Positions 39,631 through 53,629 of a stretch of DNA of 64,000 nt are shown here, in pieces (the first letter of the stretch is position 1; every line of letters starts with the position of its first letter). Below the pieces are notes generated by a model, which searched no databases, was not told the origin of the DNA, and saw only the letters and a list, made by a program, of their open reading frames with translations. Source of the DNA: Octopus vulgaris. Its lineage: Eukaryota. Location: positions 41,478,001 to 41,542,000 of the forward strand of contig OX597818.1 of NCBI GenBank assembly GCA_951406725.2, in the 5' to 3' direction. The position numbers were made by a program, and so were the translations under genes.

Positions 39631-39961
39631 TTGGGAGGATCTTCTTACTTGTCTTCTTTTAGTAAGAGATATTGATATTTAGCAGTGGTGAGGGTAAAGT
39701 ATGAGTTGAAGTTCATATTACAGTTAAGCCCAGAACAAGAATTCTGAGAATACAAATCATCCACCGGAATAAGTGAACTTTACATGAACCAAAATAATGT
39801 GGAAGTCCGTCGTATATATCATAATTTAGGGTATCTATGAGATACCACCATGCTGAAAATAGCAGCCAAAATCTGACTCTAAAATCACATTAAATGTTCA
39901 TACAGCACAAGGAGAGAAGGCAAAAAGACAAAATAAAACTAGCAACAAAAATTACTGGATA

Positions 39962-40020
39962 ATTCCAGATCCCGGATTTCTGATTTTGCATTAAGGAATG
40001 CTTTGCCTCTTCAGTGGAAT
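39962..40020 (-). ncRNA. Type I hammerhead ribozyme motif, canonical core
   Basis: Minus strand: ATTCCA-CTGAAGA-ggcaaaGCATTccttAATGCaaaatca-GAAA-TCCGGG-ATC-TGGAAT. Stem I is 6 bp, with a near-palindromic stem/loop III and an AUC triplet. The base of stem II is mismatched. Confidence 0.65.
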
Positions 40021-40186
40021 ATACACAGAAAGTAACATAAATACACATATATATATATATATATACACATAGCATACGAATACTTACAACTGGTCGTGTT
40101 GCATAGATGCATATATATGTATGTATACGTTCGTATATGTAAGTGTTCATATGCTATGTGTATACAGAATATGTAGTAGATATATT

Positions 40187-40557
40187 GGAGGCGCAATGGC
40201 CCAGTGGTTAGGGCAGCGGACTCGCGGTCGTAGGATCGCGGTTTCGATTCCCAGACCGGGCGTTGTGAGTGTTTATTGAGCGAAAACACCTAAAGCTCCA
40301 CGAGGCTCCGGCAGGGATGGTGGTGATCCTTGCTGTACTCTTTCACCACAACTTGCTCTCACTTCTGTTGTACCTGTATTTCAAAGGGCCGGCCTTGTCA
40401 CTCTCTGTGTCACGCTGAATATCCCCGAGAACTACGTTAAGGGTGCACGTGTCTGTGGAGTGCTCAGCCACTTACACGTTAATTTCACGAGCAAGCTGTT
40501 CCGTTGATCGGATCAACCGGAACCCTCGTCGTCGTAACCGACTGAGTGCTTCCTCCT
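40187..40557 (+). mobile_element. Chimeric SINE with a family-3 head and a family-4 tail
   Basis: Head matches 4523-4824; tail matches 59294-59614 and 6667-6945. Perfect 13-bp TSD TAGTAGATATATT at 40174-40186 and 40558-40570. Confidence 0.85.
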
Positions 40558-40764
40558 TAGTAGATATATTATATTATATTATATTATATTATATTAAGAT
40601 TGTAAATACAGCGTGAAAATCAAAGTTGGAATTTCTTTGAGTAATATATCACCAGTTTCTTGAATAAGAACTTGTTGAGCTCTTATTTTTCTTCCTCACT
40701 GCAATCGCTATATTCAGATTGATTTTCTTTGTTTTTAACGGTGGTGAAGGACATGAGTCTAGAC

Positions 40765-40977
40765 CAGTAGTTCTCTGTCATTTTTTTACCTATGAACCCT
40801 TTTGTTTCCTATTTCACTCGGAGGGGGGGGGGCGCTCATAGCCATTCGATGTCTAAAGACTCCTATCATGTTTTTATGATTAAATATTATTAGAAATTGT
40901 ATAAAAATTGTTTAAACATTTTGTACAAATATAACAGATCCCCAAAGGGTCACATGAACCCCGGTTGAAAACCACCG
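40765..40977. mobile_element. hAT/Charlie-type MITE
   Basis: CAGTAGTTCTC...GGTTGAAAACCACCG with the 8-bp TSD GTCTAGAC/ATCTAGAC, which fits the Charlie NTCTAGAN preference. Body similar to the 26392 and 41621 copies. Confidence 0.75.
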
Positions 40978-41620
40978 ATCTAGACGGGATTATACCCTTC
41001 ACTTCTTAGCGCTCTCCCTCCGTAATTTGCATGCGGTCAGCCGCCGCATAGCGCTAGTCAGTGACTGAAGTATTATGAGAGAAACTATCTCTGCTAATGT
41101 CTGTAACCGAAGAGGAGATAACTACTCGAAATGCTTGCATCTCACTGTCTAGATAGGTGTCACTGCGAATTGATAATGGTGTAGCAAAACCATTCTGCCA
41201 ACAGTAAGACATTTTCTCCATGACAAAACACTGTGAATGGCTTATTTACGAGTCCAAACGTGCCACTTGCATATTTGAACGCATATAGAATTAAATAAAT
41301 TTTGCATGATCGATTGAGCCAGCATTACCATAAATTACTGCATTTTAGGGCACATCCGACGCATTTTTTCGAAAACAAAATGTCCAGAAAACAAAATCAC
41401 CCCGAATTTGGACCTAGTGCTTTATTAATGCACTAAAACTTTTTTTCCTGTATATACTCTATTGAAATGGGATTGTGTCTAATATGCCCGTGCCGTATGT
41501 TATGCCCTCAGATATGGTAATTAATTCATTATTACTGTATTCACTCATGTTTTTTCTAATAAAGCCAACCTTCCATTATTCTTTTAAGCCCACCTGGGAT
41601 TCGACAACCATGTCATGAGA

Positions 41621-42088
41621 CAGTGTTTCTCAATCATTTTTTTACCTATTGATTCCTTGGATTCCTATTTTACTCAGAGGGACTCTCCTAACTATTCGAT
41701 GTTCAAAAAAATCATATTATAGTTTTATAATTAAATATTACTAGGAATTGTATTTTTTAAAAATATTTTGAGATGCAGCACGAAGTTTTGTCAGTGAACA
41801 GGTCGCGGCCTCAAAGCGACGAAAATATTTTGACAAATTAAATTTAAATGTTGAAGTGAATCTAACGGTTTTCGTGTGTTTCTTAAATGGCTTATGAACA
41901 CCTTCCACGCTGCAATTGTTTTTGTTCCAGCACACGATCTCAGATCAAGTCACTCGTTTTGCAAGTACATTTCTGTAATTTTGTGTATTGAAGAAGTGTA
42001 ACCAATTTCTTGCCGATAAATTTTAAGGACAAAATCTTACTTAGACACCCACCCCAAGGGCCATATCGACTACAGTTAAGAACCTCTG
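41621..42088. mobile_element. hAT/Charlie-type MITE upstream of the last ChAT exon
   Basis: CAGTGTTTCTCAATC...GTTAAGAACCTCTG. Body similar to 40765-40977 and interrupted by the 41770-41975 MITE. Confidence 0.6.
41770..41975. mobile_element. Tc1/mariner-type MITE fragment retaining the right TIR, nested in a hAT MITE
   Basis: Ends CTCGTTTTGCAAGTACATTTCTG|TA, the reverse complement of the 15001 terminus. Shared body gagatgcagcacgaagttttgtcagtgaacaggtcgcgg. Confidence 0.6.
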
Positions 42089-42165
42089 GTTTATGATATA
42101 GACTTTTTGTTATTTTGCATTATACTTTTAAAACATCCATTCATGATTTTTATATCTCTCCTCAG

Positions 42166-42591
42166 GTCCCTACTACAATGGATGCTTTCATGTGCTATGG
42201 ACCCGTTGTACCAGACGGCTATGGAGTTTGTTACAATCCACATTCGGACTATATAGTCGCTGTAGTGACGTCTTTTCGCAGTCATTCAGAGACGCGATCA
42301 GACTATTTTGCTTTCACTCTGGAAAGCAGTTTCCTTCAGATGTACGAGCTTTGTTTCAAAACCAAAGATATGGACAAGAACACAGAACAAAAGATTCCAG
42401 AAGAGACACATGCAAAAACAGAACAGCAGGAACAGCAACAACAACAACAACAACAACCACAGGAACAGCAGCAACCGAGTCAAAAGTCCGAATTGAAGAA
42501 AACTGACAGTCAAACTGAAAAAACGAACAGCGAAGGGAGCGGTGCTAAAACTGAAGAAGGGAGCGGATTAAACAAGAACGATGCGAAATAG
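42166..42591 (+). CDS. ChAT: ChAT last coding exon with Gln-rich tail
   Basis: tctctcctcAG acceptor. Reads VPTTMDAFMCYGPVVPDGYGVCYNPHSDY...LNKNDAK* with the CYGPVVPxGYGxCYNP motif and a TAG stop at 42589-42591. No peroxisomal SKL/AKL at the end. Confidence 0.94.
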   Translation, partial: VPTTMDAFMCYGPVVPDGYGVCYNPHSDYIVAVVTSFRSHSETRSDYFAFTLESSFLQMYELCFKTKDMDKNTEQKIPEETHAKTEQQEQQQQQQQQPQEQQQPSQKSELKKTDSQTEKTNSEGSGAKTEEGSGLNKNDAK

Positions 42592-43240
42592 ATTGAACGG
42601 AACGTATATTAGTCTGCTATTTTACCAATGACAATAACCAATCCCTTAACATATATGAAGAAAATGTGAAAAAAAAAAATCCTTTCAGATATTAAACCCG
42701 GAAACTACAAAAAAAAATATATATAGACAAAATGTGATGTAGATGAAGAAAAACAGATTTGTTCAGCGGATTAACAAACGAAAAAAAAAAACTAAATATA
42801 TTTATAGGTTATATTAATATTTATTACGTGACAGTGCATATTCACATTTCAAAAAAAAATTATTTATTACGTGTATGTGTATGTTTGTTGGCATAGATGT
42901 ATGCATATGTATATATGTGTGCTTGTGCATATCTACATATGTTTGTATCTATATATACATATCTATATATAAATATATACATATGTGTGTGTGTGTGTGT
43001 GCGTGTGTGTGTGCGTGCGTGTGTGTGTGTATACATACATATACACATACATCATACATATATACATACATCATACATATATACATACATATACGTACAT
43101 GCATACATACAGCTTCGTATCCTCCGAGGATCGTGGATATTCACTCGGAAGTTCGCATCAACACATGGCAAGAATTTCAGGCTGTATTCATATATATATA
43201 TTACATATATGTACATATGTGTGTATATATGTATATAATA

Positions 43241-43288
<48 letters not shown>

Positions 43289-43649
43289 TACATATAAATA
43301 TGTATACATATGTACATGCACATATATATATATATATATATACACATGTTTATATTTATGTATATGTATATATATATATGTATGTATGTATGGATGGATA
43401 GCTGTATGTATGTATTAATAAATGTGAGTATATTGAGCAAGGTATATAGATACGTCTATACAAATATATCAGTACTGTAGCATGGTCGTATCTACTCGTT
43501 CATAAACAACAAAAAAAAGGATATGCATGTATGTATACACGTATCATAAATGCACAGGTGATACATATCTGAATACACATATCAATGAGTGGTGATGAGT
43601 CTATGCGATATTGTATATATGATATTGTATGATAGTATCGCGTATGTAT

Positions 43650-43707
<58 letters not shown>

Positions 43708-43781
43708 CATACATATACATATATGTATATACATACATATATATATACACACACATGTAAAAATGCATGTGTATATATGCA

Positions 43782-43812
<31 letters not shown>

Positions 43813-43815
43813 TAT

Positions 43816-43855
<40 letters not shown>

Positions 43856-43856
43856 C

Positions 43857-43897
<41 letters not shown>

Positions 43898-43938
43898 CAT
43901 ATACATATATATATATACATATATATATACATATATAT

Positions 43939-44001
<63 letters not shown>

Positions 44002-44084
44002 TATATATACATATGTATATATATACACATATATATATATACATATATATACATGTATACATACATATATATTTATATACATAC

Positions 44085-44144
<60 letters not shown>

Positions 44145-44733
44145 ATGTATGTATGTATGTATGTCTATATATATATATATGGTTGTGAGTGTTATTGTTA
44201 TATTTATAAAGAACTCTCTTTTTTTGCTTATTGAACAACAGAAAACAACGTAAGCCGACAAATTCTGGTTGACAATTTAAATGCGGATACCAACTATGTA
44301 CTATGTATAATGAATACTTAAGAAGTCTGCGCTTGAAATGCATACCAATTAATGAGACATATCAACATCCAATATATATATATTCTCCTCTTAACTATTT
44401 ATAAATTCTAAAAGACATACAGCCACAACACGCAGATACACGCGCCCGCCGCACATAATACGCTAACAGATATTTCTGTTCCATAGTTATCACAATTGCC
44501 TTTGCAAGCATAAAAGTCATAATCACCTGTATACTTCAATATAAATTCCTTTAAAAGCATACGCATATGGTTATACGTATGCATGTGTATGCGTTGTATA
44601 CATAGCTAAATACACACAGGCATTCAGTGTATATAAATATCTAGTGATGTAGAGATATAATACTTGCATAAATATATATCAATATACAAAATCATATATA
44701 TATATACACACATATATATATATATATAAACAT

Positions 44734-44939
<206 letters not shown>

Positions 44940-45280
44940 AACTGCATGCTACCCTTTGCAACAACAAAAATAATAAAGCAAAAATCCCAGTATATTAGCA
45001 ACTTCCGGCTGTCGAAATATTACTGACCAACGCTTGAGACTAGAGCCAGACAAGCCTACTCTTTAGAAAACACCCTTAGTTAGTCTCTAAATAGTTACCG
45101 AATTTGGAACTGTCTTTTACTCAGAAGAATTTGGAATATATTCCTTCTTGTGTCTCACTCGGCACCAAAAATCCTTGTACCCCTTTGGTGCTCCAACATT
45201 TAATACCCTCTTTCTCTTTCCCTCTATTAGTTTGTATGTACCTATACATACATACGTATATATAAATGTCTATTGAAATA

Positions 45281-45340
<60 letters not shown>

Positions 45341-45398
45341 ATATATGATAGATATATATATACATATATATAATATACATATACATATATATCATATA

Positions 45399-45429
<31 letters not shown>

Positions 45430-45519
45430 TATACATGCATATATATATGCATATATATACATATATATATATATATACATATACATATTTATAATATATA
45501 TATAATACATATATATGCA

Positions 45520-45554
<35 letters not shown>

Positions 45555-45734
45555 TGTGTATGTATGTAAATATATCATAGGAGTCGTGTATTTCTAAATT
45601 AGACCATTGTAGACAATTGTATGTGAATATAGAACAAAAGTTCAAACATCGATGTTACTCTTAGTTGTACTTGTAATAAGAGGACACAAATACACCTATA
45701 TCTAATGATTTATCCTTAAAACATATATATATGT

Positions 45735-45795
<61 letters not shown>

Positions 45796-45839
45796 TATAC
45801 ACATATACATGTATATATATATATATATACACATATACA

Positions 45840-45875
<36 letters not shown>

Positions 45876-45984
45876 GATGTGCGTTCTTTACATAAATTTT
45901 ACGTACAAATGTACCCATCACTATCATGAAGGCACGCCAAATCATATGTATAAACATATATATATACGCATGTATATATTTATA

Positions 45985-46026
<42 letters not shown>

Positions 46027-46855
46027 TATACACATGTATATATATATACATAAATATATATATACATGCATATATATATATGCATACATATATATCTATA
46101 TCATGTATATACATACATATATATACACATGTATATATATATATATATATGCATAAATATATATATACATGCATATATATATATGCATACATATATATCT
46201 ATATACATATATATATATATATATCGTGACATTCCTCCATTTTAATATTAGTTCTAATATCTTTGTTGGTTTGTATATCGTTATAGTCAGTACGATAGAT
46301 GCAAAATGGCAGCCATCGAGTGAGTTTCAATCGCACCACCACCACCACCACCACCACTACCATCATCGCCACTCTCACCACCACTATCATCATCAGTAGA
46401 GTCAGAAAAGTGAGTGACATGGTTGAAAGGTGGGAACACGTAACTATTGAATTGGTTGTACTTTGGGTTTGTTTCTTTTTAATTTTTTTTTTTTCCTGTT
46501 GCTGTTGTTATTTGTATTGTCTTTTTGATTGATTACCTTTCTTTAGGGGAAGAAACGACTTGTTTGGTTTGTATCCGAAGATGCACGTCAACTTCAATAA
46601 TTGTGGTCAAAATGTTTCCGATGAGGACTATAACGACGGAGACGTCGGCAACTAAGACTACGATGACGGCGACGACGAAGACGATGACGACGACTACGAC
46701 GAAGAGGAGGAGCAGGAGGAGGAGGATTAATATTTTTCATTATTAATTTTCTCCATAGTAACATAAAATATTTCACCACCAGTAGCAGAACCAACCTCAC
46801 CAACATCAACATTACTACTACTACTGCTAATAATATTGATAATTAGTAATGATTA

Positions 46856-46918
<63 letters not shown>

Positions 46919-47123
46919 TTAATAATAATATGATAATAATATTAATAATATTAATAATAATAATGATAATAATAATAATAATAATAATGATAATAATAAT
47001 AATTATTATTTCTACTATAAGCACAAGGCCTGGAGTTTTTGTGGGGAACAGTCGATTACATCGACTCCAGTACTCATGCGAAAGGATGAAAAGCGAAGTC
47101 GACTTCGGCGGAACTTGAACGTA

Positions 47124-47195
<72 letters not shown>

Positions 47196-47776
47196 CCAAT
47201 AATAGTAATTGTAATTGAAGTTGTAAATAAGGTGGCGATCAGACAGGATCGTTAAAACGTCGGAAAAGAAGACTTTCGGTTATTTGCTCCGGATCTTTGT
47301 GTTCTGAGTTCAAATCCCACAGAGGCCAACTTTACATTTTATCGATAAAATAAAGTACCATTTCAGTATTGAACTCTATAAAATTGACTAAACCCAATCC
47401 CCCTAAAATTGCTGGCCTTGTTAGCTCAGTGGGCAAAATGTTTTGTGAAATTTCTTCCAGCTTTACATTCTGAGTTCAAATGCTGCCGAGATCGACTGTG
47501 TCTTTCATTCTATCGGAATCGATAAAATAAGTACCAGTTAAGCAGTGGAGTCGATGAAATTGACTTATCCATTCCCCACAAAATTTCAGGCCTTGTGAAA
47601 AAATTAGAAAGAATATTATTATTAGTAGTAGTAGTACAGTGAATTATTAACAATGCCGACAAAACCAGCTTGCTTAAGTTTATTTCTTTATATATTTTAA
47701 GTACATCACATTACATTTTGAGTTCAAATCCTGCTAATATATACTTTACCTTTCATTCTTAAGGTGTCGTTAAAAT

Positions 47777-48188
47777 GGCGAGCTGGCAGAAACGTTAGCA
47801 CGCTGGACGAAATGCCTGGCGGTATTTCGTCTGCCGTTACGTTCTGAGTTCAAATTCCGCCGAGGTCGACTTTGCCTTTCATCATTTCGGGGTCGATTAA
47901 ATAAGTACCAGTTACTCACTGGGGTCGATGTAATCGACTTAATCCCTTTGTTTGTCCTTGTTTGTCCCCTCTGTGTTTAGACCCTTGTGGGTAATAAAGA
48001 AATAGGTATTTCGTCTGCCGTTACGTTCTGAGTTCAAATTCCGCCGAGGTCGACTTTGCCTTTCATCCTTTCGAGGTCGATTAAATAAGTACCAGTCACT
48101 CACTGGGGTCGATGTAATCGACTTAATCTCCTTGTTTGACCTCGTTTGTCCCCTCTATGTTTAGCCCCCTGTGGGCAATAAAGAAATT
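47777..48188 (+). mobile_element. SINE family 2 head-to-tail dimer (184-bp period)
   Basis: GGTATTTCGTCTGCCGTTACGTTCTGAGTTCAAATTCC occurs at 47821 and 48005. More decayed family-2 copies cluster upstream (about 47010-47770). Confidence 0.85.
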
Positions 48189-48636
48189 AAAAAATAAGTA
48201 TCATTAGTGTATTGGGGGCGATTAGATTAATCTTCCTCTCCCCTCAAAATTTATAACCTTATGTCAGAGACTGTGCCCATACAGGAGCACCCTCTATGCT
48301 TACAATCTTTTTCATTTTTCTCCTTTTTTTTTTTTTTGTTAAATTCCGGTTGAGTGAATCGGTATTCCCTTTTAACTTCTGCATTTTAATCCAGACAAGT
48401 TCAACTCTGACTTTCATCCTCGCGTTGGTGCTAAATTATAGAACATGTCAAACGTTGAAATGCAGCCAGGATTTCTTCTTCCAGTTGTTATGCTTCGGTC
48501 ATATTGCAGGCTCGTGGCTGGAAGAGTCAAACGTACGACTGTGTGTACTTACTACTATATCGACAACCAAAATCGTATTAGTGAATGACATGATGTAGAA
48601 ATCTCTGTGTGTGTGTGTGTGTGTGTGTGTGTATGC

Positions 48637-48668
<32 letters not shown>

Positions 48669-48820
48669 GTGTGTGTGTTTACATATATATTTACTAATAT
48701 ACATAATGTATCATTGATTCTATATAAAATATTTTAAAACTTCGTTTTAAGTTGTATGCACGACCAATGTATTTTCTTACATCTTTGTGGGTAATATGCA
48801 TAGTGTGTATAATGTAATAG

Positions 48821-48863
<43 letters not shown>

Positions 48864-49570
48864 TGTAGAATATTTATTGCAAAAGAATTTGTTTAAACTT
48901 GAGGACTTGCCAATCGGTTTTATAGAATTTAAAAGCATAAAAATATTCTATAAAATGAAAACACATGAGAACATTTTTTTTCTGTGCAATGTAAATATAT
49001 ATATATTTGTATGTAATCAATGTTTTCGTCTGAGTAGACCCATTATTTTAGTGACCAAAATAGCAGGCACGTAGCTATCCTTCGTAGTATGTGTACGCAT
49101 CGTAGTCAATGAATTCTGATACGTTCTCCTATAACAAAAAATACGTCTTCTAAATACATTATGTATACGCATACTCATAACATATCCATATATGGTGTGT
49201 GTGTGAGTGCATTTGTGAGTGCATGTGCGTGTTATTTGTATGTATATCTGCTAATGGTTTTAACATTTAACAAGTAGAGAGAGAGCTCAATATCTCTGGC
49301 ATAGATGTGATCTTTATACAGTATTTAAGATATACCATCGTGTAACTTGAGTTTCATGACTGAACTGCTTTTTTGAACTCATAACTATGCTTGCCATTCA
49401 TTTACTAGGCAAAACAAATGGCTAATCGCGAAAAGAAAAACGGAAACGAACAATAAATGAACAGAGGGGATGAGACGAGTGAGGGGAAACTAGAATGTGA
49501 GCAAGAGGCTATCACTCACTTTTTGTTAGCCGAGATGTGAGCGTGTATGCGTGCGCGCGGCGCGGCGTAC

Positions 49571-49618
<48 letters not shown>

Positions 49619-49652
49619 ACAAATTGTACTTACGTCGCTATATATATATATA

Positions 49653-49806
49653 TACAAAATGGGACAAGAATGCAAATCATCCGGACAACTAGGTGATACA
49701 AAAAGGGACAACAAAACATCCAGATAGACGATACAAAGAAAACAAGGACTAGTCATTCGAAGTTTTCTATCTTCAATCAAGAACCAGATTATCCTTGCAA
49801 TTTCGG
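49653..49806 (-). mobile_element. Family B repeat copy between (TA)n tracts
   Basis: caaaatgggacaagaaYgcaaa..catccggacaactaggtgatacaaaaag is shared with 61572-61630 and is colinear with 33570-33720. Confidence 0.5.
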
Positions 49807-50286
49807 ATATATATATATATAAGACTCTGGATAGCCAAATGTTGGAGATCCGTAGACGAAATTATTTCATTGCAATGAAAAATTGTATGTAAGTGCTTGT
49901 GTGTCTGTGTATGTATGTTTACGTTCAAACGGAAGATACTGCTAAAACTGGTTGCATCAATAGCTCCTTTATTTGTTTTCCGTTTTATGTTCTTTTTAAT
50001 TTTTTTATATTTATTAGGCCGTGAGATTTTTTTATCTCCAGCCGAATATAACGGATAAAGGGGTGAGAAGAGTCGTAATATCTGTCATATCCAACGCAAA
50101 AACAACTAATTCTATACGACCTAATCTCTGTAAATAAACAACATATCTACTTGGAGACAGCTTCCTATCCACTGAGATTTTTCTGTTTTAAAATTACAGA
50201 GTATATAACTGAGTACTGAATTCCATAAGTCTAGAGAGTTCTAAGTAACATTTACTGTATAATACATACATACATACATACATACA

Positions 50287-50377
<91 letters not shown>

Positions 50378-51504
50378 TCAGCAACACATGAGATAGGAAG
50401 CGTTTTTCAACAATGGTGCAAGAAGATTAAGTTTAGACTTTTCAAATATTAAGCTTAATCTACAATTTACTGCAGGAAAAGCATTTAATAAACCATTGTT
50501 ACGATCTCGTATAATTTTGGAGACATATCGAAATACTTACAACTGAGAGTTGTACATCTATGAAGAAAATTTTATTCCAATAAGTCCTTTGTTCGTACTG
50601 ATTAAGGCAGAAGAAAAACTTGTGGATACACGTGAACCGACAAACATTCCAATTGAATGAACAAATACTGAGAAACTTCTAGAAGAAAAGAGCATCTAAA
50701 AAAACAAAGATATACTGTTTAATAACTGATTAGGGTGAACGCTGTTGATCAAGAAATAGTTACGTCAGTTTGGTACTGATGCGTGATCAAATCTAGTTGA
50801 AGCCATTTCACTTCGTATACGCTTCAAATATCCTTGGGAAATGCATTAACATCATGACATCGATTAGTTTCCCTACTCTTCAAAAACAAAAGCTTATTGT
50901 TCAGTAAAAAAAAAATGAATTTACTGAAACTATTTGAATATCCGGCAGTATAAAGCAGTTTCCATGTGGCAACCAAGTTACTCTAAATACAGTAATTAGC
51001 TATGGTCTCCTCTGAAATTTAAAGCTGCCGTGTTATGTACGACCACAAAGAAACCAGCTGGAACCAATATTGTTTGAATTCAAAAGTTATTCCTATAAAT
51101 CTTTGAATGCCGATGAAAAAGCGGTAATCTCTTGCCAAGAATCAAGTCTGTGATGTAGTTTCGATTCCTGATCATAAATATTCCTCTTAACTTGTATCAC
51201 TAATGCCTTCCAGAAAGGCATAACCTTTACGACATCTTTACCATTTGCCACCAACTAGAAATCAAAAATGTATGATCACTTGACTGAGATTATTCTTTTG
51301 TACAGCATTTGGCACTGCGTACAAGGAATTAAACGAAATGGTCAGCTAATTAAATCAATAAATCGATCTCATAATCAATTAACATCATCGATGTACCAAA
51401 GTATCTCGACGAGCGTCGCAGAGATAGACTTACTGCAATTATACTTGTCATATCACTTCTGATAAAGGCATAATTGTCACTGTGCACCATTTTCTCTGCA
51501 GCAT

Positions 51505-51562
<58 letters not shown>

Positions 51563-51629
51563 TTTTTACATATATACACATATATATACATATATATAGA
51601 CATATATATATATATACATATATATAGAC

Positions 51630-51676
<47 letters not shown>

Positions 51677-52152
51677 GTATGTTCAGTTAATTGAAGGAAA
51701 GAAAATGGAGAGTTAAAACTTAATTATTTATTATCAAAAAATTGGTAGTCTTTACTTCTTACGGCCGTTTCCATTAGTACCCAATAGGCAAATTACAAAT
51801 TCATACTTTGCTTGCATGAACGGATAGGTCGGAATGTAATATCGTAATGTTTTGTTTTTTTTCTCTAAAAGAAATTATGCACATAACATAAATGCAATTT
51901 TAAAGCATAAATTTGGGCACTAATGGAAACGACTGTAAGAAGTAGAGATTATCACTTTTTTAATAATAAATAATTATTAACTTTTAACTCTCCATTTTCT
52001 TTCTTTCGATTAACTGAACATGAATTATATGCTTGATATATAACTATAGATCTAAAGAAATTTCATTTCCCAAAAATACTAGAAAATAGAACCAATGTTT
52101 CCTTGGGTGTAATCATCCCTTTATGAGGTTAACATATCCTCTATTTCTATAT

Positions 52153-52199
<47 letters not shown>

Positions 52200-52269
52200 G
52201 TATATATATATGTATATATATGTATAATATGTATAATGTATGTGTATAATATATATATGTGTGTGTACT

Positions 52270-52309
<40 letters not shown>

Positions 52310-52340
52310 TATGTATACATATATACATGCACATATATAA

Positions 52341-52389
<49 letters not shown>

Positions 52390-53325
52390 GGTCCCGGGTT
52401 GATTCGGGGTTAACCACAGTAAGTAAGGTACTCAACAGTACTAGTCCTGTAGAAGCTCCTTCTATATAATAAATATATATATATATATATATATATCACA
52501 TGTATTGGACCTTCGAAATCAATTAAAAGTGTCAGGCAACAGTGCTGACCGACAAAAATTAATGTACATAAATATACAATTGCGTGTTTGTATGTGTCTT
52601 TGGTGTGCATATGTTTGCAAATACATCTATGTACTTATATAAATATGCGTGTTTCAATGTGCGTAACCAGAGAAACACTCTGCTTACAAAGCTAACCAAT
52701 AAAAAGTAACTATCTGATTGTTTAAATTTCCGGAATTTCTTATAAAATTTGTCCGCGGAATTGAATAATTGGAGATTTTCGGGTTTTTTTTCCAATTTTT
52801 TTAAAATTCTGATGTATATATATTATCCTCATGAATGATTATTTAAGTAATGTGTGTGTAATTATATATAAATGTATATAAACATGAGTATATGTGTACG
52901 TGAGAGAGAGAGAGAGAATGTGAGAGAGAAATATATATATAGAGAGAGAGAGATTTGTTCACGTGTTGCTGCATGAGTAAAGTCAAAATGGACAGAAATG
53001 GAAAATGGGAAAATATATTTTTATTATTTATAAAATAATAAATTCACAAAAAATAATTGTATTATTAAATATCAAATAATTGAATTATGATATTCACTCC
53101 AAAGTTATCTATTTAAAACATTTCCAAATCGTAGTGAAATCTTGTGGGTTTTCTGTGAAAAAGTAATTCTATTTAAAAAGGAAGTTACCCATATCAGTCA
53201 TCCAAATAAAGAATTTACATTAATTATTTAATTATAAATGTGTATATATAAGTATACATTTATTTATGTACGTATATATTTACATACATATATGCACGTA
53301 CATACATGCTTACATATATGTATGT

Positions 53326-53366
<41 letters not shown>

Positions 53367-53381
53367 CATGCATACATACAT

Positions 53382-53462
<81 letters not shown>

Positions 53463-53582
53463 ATATACATATGTATGTGTGAGTACATATATATAAGCAT
53501 ATGTATTTATGTATTCATGTGTACGTATATATTTATAAAGGCATACATGTATATATGTGTGTGTATGACTATATATACATAT

Positions 53583-53629
<47 letters not shown>

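Noticed and set aside
40187-40260. tRNA gene calls for SINE heads
   Set aside because: A/B boxes are present, but the heads run into SINE bodies with TSDs and I could not fold a complete cloverleaf.
43414-43421. AATAAA as the ChAT polyadenylation signal
   Set aside because: AATAAA is frequent in this AT-rich DNA and cannot be assigned without 3'-end data.
43500-44343. Long YI/IY-rich ORFs here and throughout the track
   Set aside because: Translations of (TA)n/(TACA)n microsatellites with no domain content or splice support.
47777-48188. SINE-2 multimers as a CRISPR array or a hammerhead retrozyme
   Set aside because: Eukaryotic context, no unique spacers and no CTGAnGA core on either strand.
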